Shown here in pieces: positions 36,715 to 41,708 of a DNA stretch of 41,708 nucleotides. Position 1 is the first letter of the stretch. Every line of letters begins with the position of its first letter. The translations under genes were made by a program, and so were the position numbers. The notes under the pieces were generated by a model. That model made no database searches, was not told where the DNA came from, and saw only the letters and a program-made list of their open reading frames with translations. Location of the stretch: NCBI GenBank assembly GCA_019119515.1, contig DWWW01000068.1:1-41708 (forward strand), in the 5' to 3' direction. This stretch comes from Candidatus Agathobaculum intestinigallinarum (lineage in GTDB: Bacteria; Bacillota; Clostridia; Oscillospirales; Butyricicoccaceae).

Positions 36715-38403
36715 ATGTGGGAAAGAAGAGAAGTTAAAAAGCAGGGCAAGCGACAGCTCCTGCGCAACTGGGCTGCAATGGTCGCAGTCTGTTTCATTCT
36801 GGCCTTTACGGGCGCAGAATTCGCCCAATCTGCGGATTTCATCGGCGAATTCAACCCTGCGGCCGTGCTGCCGGATGATCAGGTCGTCATTCAGGAGGTC
36901 AGCCTGTCCAACTGGGAACTGCTGCTCGAATGGCTGCACATCGACCCGATGGACGGCACGCACCCCATGTGGGCCGCAGCCGACCAGAGTGTCGGCCCGG
37001 TATTCGATACGCTGACCGCGCCGTTTTCTGCATTCTTCGCGCTGCTTGAGCGCTCGCAGTTCGCCGGCTGGCTGGATATCACGCTCGCCTGCGCGGGCAT
37101 TGCGGGCGGTATCTGGTTCTCGGTCTGGGTGCTCAGCGCACTGACCGTCGGCGCGCGGCGCTTTTTCCTTGAAAGCCGCGTGCGCGACAATATCAGCATC
37201 GCCGCCATGTTCACGCCGTTTTACCGCGGCAGCTGGTGGAACGTCACCAAGGGCATGCTGCTGCGCTCGGTTTACACGATCCTGTGGGCCTGTACCATCA
37301 TTGGCTTCCCAATCAAATTCTATGCCTATCGCATGGTGCCGTACATCCTTGCGGAAAACCCGCAGGCCAAGCCATCCGAAGCGATCCTGCTGTCCCGCCA
37401 GATGATGGACGGGAACAAGTGGCGCTGCTTCGTGCTTGATCTGACGCTCTATCTGCACTGGGCCTTTTTGCCGACGCTGCTTGCGTCCATCCTCGGCACG
37501 GGCATCGGCCTGCTGACCGGCAGAATCCTGCTGTGCCAGTCCATTGCCACGGCCGCAGCCGGCCTGCTCAGCCTGTTATTTGTCAACGGCTACAAGTCCG
37601 CGACCTATACCGCGCTGTACGCCGCCCTGCGGCAGGCGCAGATCGAGGCTGACGCGCCGCTTGCGGGCCTGTTCACCGTTCCGGCCTTTGGCGAGGCGGC
37701 CCCCGATGGCCCCAGGCCCAAGCTGCCCGACGCGGACGTGCACCTGCCCGAAGACCCGGTGTTCCATTTCGCCCAGCAGCATAAGCTGAACTACAACCGG
37801 CGCTACAGCATCCGCACGCTCATCCTGCTGTTTTTCGCGTTCTCGATCGCAGGCTGGCTGTGGGAGGTCGCGCTGCACATCGTCACAAAGGGCATGTTTG
37901 TCAACCGCGGCACGATGTTCGGTCCGTGGCTGCCCATCTACGGTGCAGGCGGCGCGCTTGTGCTGTTCCTGCTCCGCCGGCTGTTCACCAAGCCGGTGGC
38001 GACCTTCTTTGTCTCGATGGTGCTGTGCTCGATCATCGAATATTTCACCAGCTGGTATCTCGAGGTCACCAAGGGCATCCGCTGGTGGGACTACAGCGGC
38101 TATTTCATGAATTTAAACGGCCGCATCTGTCTGGAGGGCGCGGTCACCTTCGGCCTTGCCTGCTGCGCGGTCGTGTACTTTGCCGGGCCGCTGCTCGGCG
38201 GGCTGATCGACAAGCTCTCCCCCGCCAGGCAGAACGCGATCTGCGCGGTGCTGATCGCGCTGTTCGCGGCGGACGCGGTGTATTCGCACTTCCATCCGAA
38301 CGCGGGCGAAGGCATCACGGACTACAACGACTGGCAGGCGGACAGCGCAGATGCGGAAGCCGCCGCCGCACTCACCGCTTCCAACGCTCCCAGACACGGG
38401 TGA
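36715..38403 (+). CDS. Membrane protein: DUF975-like domain fused to a CmpB/DUF1113-like putative ABC-transporter permease domain
   Basis: N-half Y.YRM.PYILAENP...SRQMMDGNKW; C-half GWLWE, NRG..FGPWLPIYG and WWDYS...NLNGRICL. Confidence 0.8.
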   Translation: MWERREVKKQGKRQLLRNWAAMVAVCFILAFTGAEFAQSADFIGEFNPAAVLPDDQVVIQEVSLSNWELLLEWLHIDPMDGTHPMWAAADQSVGPVFDTLTAPFSAFFALLERSQFAGWLDITLACAGIAGGIWFSVWVLSALTVGARRFFLESRVRDNISIAAMFTPFYRGSWWNVTKGMLLRSVYTILWACTIIGFPIKFYAYRMVPYILAENPQAKPSEAILLSRQMMDGNKWRCFVLDLTLYLHWAFLPTLLASILGTGIGLLTGRILLCQSIATAAAGLLSLLFVNGYKSATYTALYAALRQAQIEADAPLAGLFTVPAFGEAAPDGPRPKLPDADVHLPEDPVFHFAQQHKLNYNRRYSIRTLILLFFAFSIAGWLWEVALHIVTKGMFVNRGTMFGPWLPIYGAGGALVLFLLRRLFTKPVATFFVSMVLCSIIEYFTSWYLEVTKGIRWWDYSGYFMNLNGRICLEGAVTFGLACCAVVYFAGPLLGGLIDKLSPARQNAICAVLIALFAADAVYSHFHPNAGEGITDYNDWQADSADAEAAAALTASNAPRHG

Positions 38404-39154
38404 CAGACGAGCATCTGCCGTCCCGCCCGATCTCAAAGACCGCTCCCGAAAGCGCACAGTCGCCGGGGGCGGTTTTGAAATATTCGGTCAAATCGCCGCG
38501 GAACATGGCGATCGACTGCTCGACGCACACACCCAGCACGGACACGACCGGGCCGGTCATGCCGATATCCGTGATATAGCCCGATCCCTTGGGGTTTATG
38601 CGGTTGTCCGCAGTCTGCACATGGGTGTGCGTGCCCCAGATCGCGGCGGCGCGCCCGTCCAGATAATAGCCCATCGCGAGCTTTTCGCTCGTGGCGTTCG
38701 CGTGAATTTCGGCGAGGGCGATATCGTATCTGCCCGCCGCCTCGCGCAGGATCTTATCCGCGCACAGAAACGGGTTATCCGGCCCGTAGTGCATGTCGCA
38801 CCGGCCGATCAGGTTCATCACGAGCAGGCGCAGACCCTGCGGCCCGTCGTAGATGCCCCAGCCCTGCCCCGGGCTCTGCGGCGCGAGGTTGGCCGGGCGC
38901 AGCACGTCCGGGTGCTCGTCCAGATAGGGCGCGATCTGCTGCTTGGAAAACGCATGGTTGCCCAGCGTGACCACATCCGCGCCCGCGGCAAAGATATCGT
39001 CCGCCTGCCCCGGCGTCATGCCGCGCCCGGCGGCGTTCTCGCCGTTGACGATCACGAAATCCGCGCCGTGCTCGCGCTTGACGCGGCGCAGCAGGCCGTG
39101 CAGGGTGTCGATCCCCGCCTCGCCGACCACGTCGCCGATGGTTAAAACTTTCAT
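38372..39154 (-). CDS. ymdB: YmdB family (TIGR00282) metallophosphoesterase
   Basis: IGDVVG, NGEN, TLGNH, HANATSEK, GTHTH and TDIGMTGP motifs. Confidence 0.92.
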   Translation of the reverse strand: MKVLTIGDVVGEAGIDTLHGLLRRVKREHGADFVIVNGENAAGRGMTPGQADDIFAAGADVVTLGNHAFSKQQIAPYLDEHPDVLRPANLAPQSPGQGWGIYDGPQGLRLLVMNLIGRCDMHYGPDNPFLCADKILREAAGRYDIALAEIHANATSEKLAMGYYLDGRAAAIWGTHTHVQTADNRINPKGSGYITDIGMTGPVVSVLGVCVEQSIAMFRGDLTEYFKTAPGDCALSGAVFEIGRDGRCSSVTRVWERWKR

Positions 39155-39158
39155 TCTG

Positions 39159-39557
39159 TCACCTCTTGCTTGTTTTGCGCAGCTGCAGCGCGATATAGTA
39201 CAGCGCCCAGCCGATCAGCCCGGCGCCCAGCGTACACATGCCGACCATGCGGCTGCTGCCCACGTCCATCTCCCTGAGCAGGAAGCCGACCACCAACCCG
39301 ATCGCCGCGCACGCCAGCGAAATATTCCAGCAGCGGCTCTCGTCGGTCGTTTCCAGCTCTTCCTCGTCGCGCAGCAGCGAGTCCAGCGTCACGTCGAACA
39401 GATCGGCCACCGCCTTGATGTTCTCGATATCCGGCATGCCCGCATCGTTTTCCCATTTGGTCACCGCCTGCCGCGAAACGTGCAGCAGCGCGGCGAGCTG
39501 CTCCTGCGAGTATTCTTCTTTGACGCGGAGTGCTTTCAGTTTTTCCCCGAATGTCAT
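39159..39557 (-). CDS. XRE-family HTH regulator with two C-terminal TM helices
   Basis: GEKLK.LR...SQEQLA..L.VSRQAVTKWE...MP motif. Confidence 0.9.
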   Translation of the reverse strand: MTFGEKLKALRVKEEYSQEQLAALLHVSRQAVTKWENDAGMPDIENIKAVADLFDVTLDSLLRDEEELETTDESRCWNISLACAAIGLVVGFLLREMDVGSSRMVGMCTLGAGLIGWALYYIALQLRKTSKR

Positions 39558-39650
39558 ATGCTATCACCTCGCGTCCAGCATAGCAGGATGTCACGTTTTT
39601 GTCCGCTACGCCCGGTTTCCGGCGTGCTACGATGCGTTGCAGCGGCAGTT

Positions 39651-40178
39651 TTACCGCGTTTCCGGCTCGTAAACCAGCTCTGCGACGCCGCCCGACTGCC
39701 GCGCGGACACCAGCCGCAGCCGCTGTTTGTACCCCTTCGGGAACAGGCGGATGCCGCCGCCGAGCAGCACGGGCAGCACGGTCAGGTGCCAGTGGTCGAT
39801 CTCGCCCGCGGCGGCAGCCGCCGCAATCAACTCCGCGCCGCCGCACAGCCAGATGTCCCTGCCGGGCTTTTGTTTTTCCACGCGCAGCCACGCGGCGAGG
39901 CCGCCCTCGATGCGCTGCGCATGGGGCAGCGGCCCGCTGTCATGCGTCCAGACCCGGCAGTCCAGCCCCGCATACGGCCATGCGCCCGGCGAGAGCTCCT
40001 GCGTGACCTGCCGGTAGGTCCGGCCGCCCATGACGACCGTGTCCACACCCTGCACGAAGGCCTCGTAGCCGCCGTCCTCCTGCGCATCCGCGAAATCATC
40101 CAGCCAGCCCACGCCGCCGTCCCTGTCCGCGATAAAGCCGTCCAGACTGACGGCCAGATATGCCACCGCCTTGCGCAT
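39651..40178 (-). CDS. Dihydrofolate reductase/RibD C-terminal family protein
   Basis: A.SLDGFIA, MG.RTY, IWLCGG and PVLLG.G..LF motifs; start MRKAV at 40178. Confidence 0.88.
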   Translation of the reverse strand: MRKAVAYLAVSLDGFIADRDGGVGWLDDFADAQEDGGYEAFVQGVDTVVMGGRTYRQVTQELSPGAWPYAGLDCRVWTHDSGPLPHAQRIEGGLAAWLRVEKQKPGRDIWLCGGAELIAAAAAAGEIDHWHLTVLPVLLGGGIRLFPKGYKQRLRLVSARQSGGVAELVYEPETR

Positions 40179-40193
40179 ATACCCTTCCTTTCC

Positions 40194-40228
40194 AAAAAGG
40201 GAGGCGGACAAAACGCTGTCCGCCTCCC
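40194..40228 (-). terminator. Intrinsic terminator downstream of prs and copy E
   Basis: Minus strand GGGAGGCGGACA-loop-TGTCCGCCTCCC-TTTTT. Confidence 0.8.
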
Positions 40229-40242
40229 CCGTTCTCATTCCA

Positions 40243-40423
40243 CGCCGCACCCGCGGCATTTTCAAACAGAAAATCACAAAGTGATTTTCATCCAAAAGCC
40301 CAGCTTTGCCGGGCTTTTGGATACCCCGACCCAGCCGCCTTGGGCGGCGACATTCGGGTATCGAAAGACGGTTTCCTTGGGAACCGCCTTTCGTATATAG
40401 GGGGCTTTTGAAGCCCCCTATAC
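40243..40423. repeat. Modular palindromic element, copy E
   Basis: Collinear with 12424-12607, with compensatory stem changes. Confidence 0.9.
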
Positions 40424-41383
40424 TCAGTCGAAGAGTGTCGATACCGATACTTCCTCGTAAATGCGCGCGATCGCCTCGGTGAACACCGGCGCAACGGACA
40501 GGACATTGATCTTGTCCAGACGCTTCTCGCTCGGCAGCGGGATGGTGTCCAGAATCGCCAGCTCCTTGATCGGGCTGTTCGCGATGCGCTCGATCGCCGG
40601 GCCGGACAGCACGCCGTGCGTTGCGCAGGCGTAGACCTCGGTCGCGCCGCCCTTTTCCACCAGCGCATCCGCCGCGTGCACCAGCGTGCCCGCAGTGTCG
40701 ATCAGGTCATCGACCAGAATGCACTTCTTGCCCTCGACGTTGCCGATGATGTTCATGACCTCGGACACATTCGCCTTGGGACGGCGCTTGTCAATGATCG
40801 CGAGCGGCATGTCCAGCTTTTCGGTGAACTTGCGCGCACGGGTAACCGAACCCAGATCGGGCGAGACGATCACGGTGTCCTCGGTGCCGACGCCGAACTT
40901 GCCCGCGATATACGGGATGAGCACGGACGAACCGAGCATGTTGTCCACCGGGATGTTGAAAAAGCCCTGAATCTGCGCCGCATGCAGGTCCATCGTGAGC
41001 ACGCGGTCCGCGCCCGCCGCGGTGATCAGGTCGGCCACCAGCTTGGCAGAGATCGGGTCACGCGCCTTACTCTTGCGGTCCTGACGCGCATAGCCGAAAT
41101 ACGGGATAACCGCCGTGATGCGGCCCGCAGACGCGCGCTTGCAGGAGTCGATCATGATGAGCAGCTCCATCAGGTTGTTGTTGACCGGGCCGCAGGTGGA
41201 CTGGACGAGGAACACGTCCGAGCCGCGCACGGACTCCGAGATGGATACCGAAATCTCGCCGTCAGCGAAGGTGGAGATGGCAGCCTTGCCGATCGGCAGG
41301 CCGAGCGCGGACGCGATCTGCATCGCGAGCGCAGGATGGGAGTTGCCGGAGAAAATTTTGATATTTTTTCCGTGAGAAATCAT
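40424..41383 (-). CDS. prs: Ribose-phosphate pyrophosphokinase
   Basis: FADGE, YARQDRK, DLHA.QIQGFF, DKRR and VDDLIDTAGT motifs; start MISHG at 41383. Confidence 0.97.
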   Translation of the reverse strand: MISHGKNIKIFSGNSHPALAMQIASALGLPIGKAAISTFADGEISVSISESVRGSDVFLVQSTCGPVNNNLMELLIMIDSCKRASAGRITAVIPYFGYARQDRKSKARDPISAKLVADLITAAGADRVLTMDLHAAQIQGFFNIPVDNMLGSSVLIPYIAGKFGVGTEDTVIVSPDLGSVTRARKFTEKLDMPLAIIDKRRPKANVSEVMNIIGNVEGKKCILVDDLIDTAGTLVHAADALVEKGGATEVYACATHGVLSGPAIERIANSPIKELAILDTIPLPSEKRLDKINVLSVAPVFTEAIARIYEEVSVSTLFD

Positions 41384-41468
41384 TGGATAGCCTCCGTCAT
41401 AATAGTAAAGTGTGTCCGTTTTCTCTCTTTCTATTTCAGGCAATGCCGCCGCAGCGGCGCTGCCCCGA

Positions 41469-41708
41469 TTACTTTTCCTGCTTCTCGTGGGCCGCGCGGC
41501 GGCGGTCGTTCCAGCCCTCAAGGTTGGTCTGGCGCGCACGCGCAACGCTCAGTGCGCCCGCCGGCACATCCTTGGTCACAGTCGTGCCTGCCGCGGTGAA
41601 CGCGCGGTCGCCGAGCTTCACAGGCGAGACCAGATTGGTGTTGCAGCCGATGAAGCAGTCGTCACCGATCACGGTCTGGTACTTGTGGTAGCCGTCGTAG
41701 TTGACCAC
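41469..41708 (-). CDS. glmU: GlmU C-terminus (partial, truncated by the right window edge)
   Basis: NYDG..K..T.IGD..FIG.N..LV.PV and AAG..VTKDVP hexapeptide region, upstream of prs. Confidence 0.92.
   Translation of the reverse strand: MVNYDGYHKYQTVIGDDCFIGCNTNLVSPVKLGDRAFTAAGTTVTKDVPAGALSVARARQTNLEGWNDRRRAAHEKQEK

Overview
High-GC Clostridia-type chromosomal segment; gene content and order suggest Oscillospirales, possibly Butyricicoccus/Agathobaculum-like (taxonomy is inference). Most genes lie on the minus strand. From right to left: glmU(partial)-prs, a DHFR/RibD-like gene, an XRE regulator and ymdB; a divergent DUF975/CmpB-like membrane fusion and a metallophosphoesterase; DUF4914; trmO; an OmpR-family two-component system with htrA; a DUF815 ATPase; DUF3343 plus cysteine desulfurase; cdaA-cdaR-FAD oxidoreductase-RseC; DUF5685-DnaJ/TPR-membrane protein; and the conserved yloC-remA-gmk-rpoZ-coaBC-priA-(GNAT)-def-fmt-yugP-rsmB-rlmN-prpC-prkC-rsgA-thiN cluster, followed by an aminotransferase and a truncated orphan. 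I found no rRNA, tRNA, CRISPR array or transposase. The most unusual signals are non-coding. A modular palindromic element family occurs five times, with compensatory stem changes, a nested ~43-nt cassette, copies abutting stop codons and one copy flanked by a duplicated terminator. There is also an ~860-bp GTAG-REP/REPIN-like fold-back insert and heptamer repeats. Among proteins, DUF4914 keeps the PEP-carboxykinase catalytic motifs in order, PrkC is a non-RD (HQD) kinase, and a J-domain protein has a cysteine-string tail next to DUF5685. All family calls come from motif recognition by eye, not database searches.
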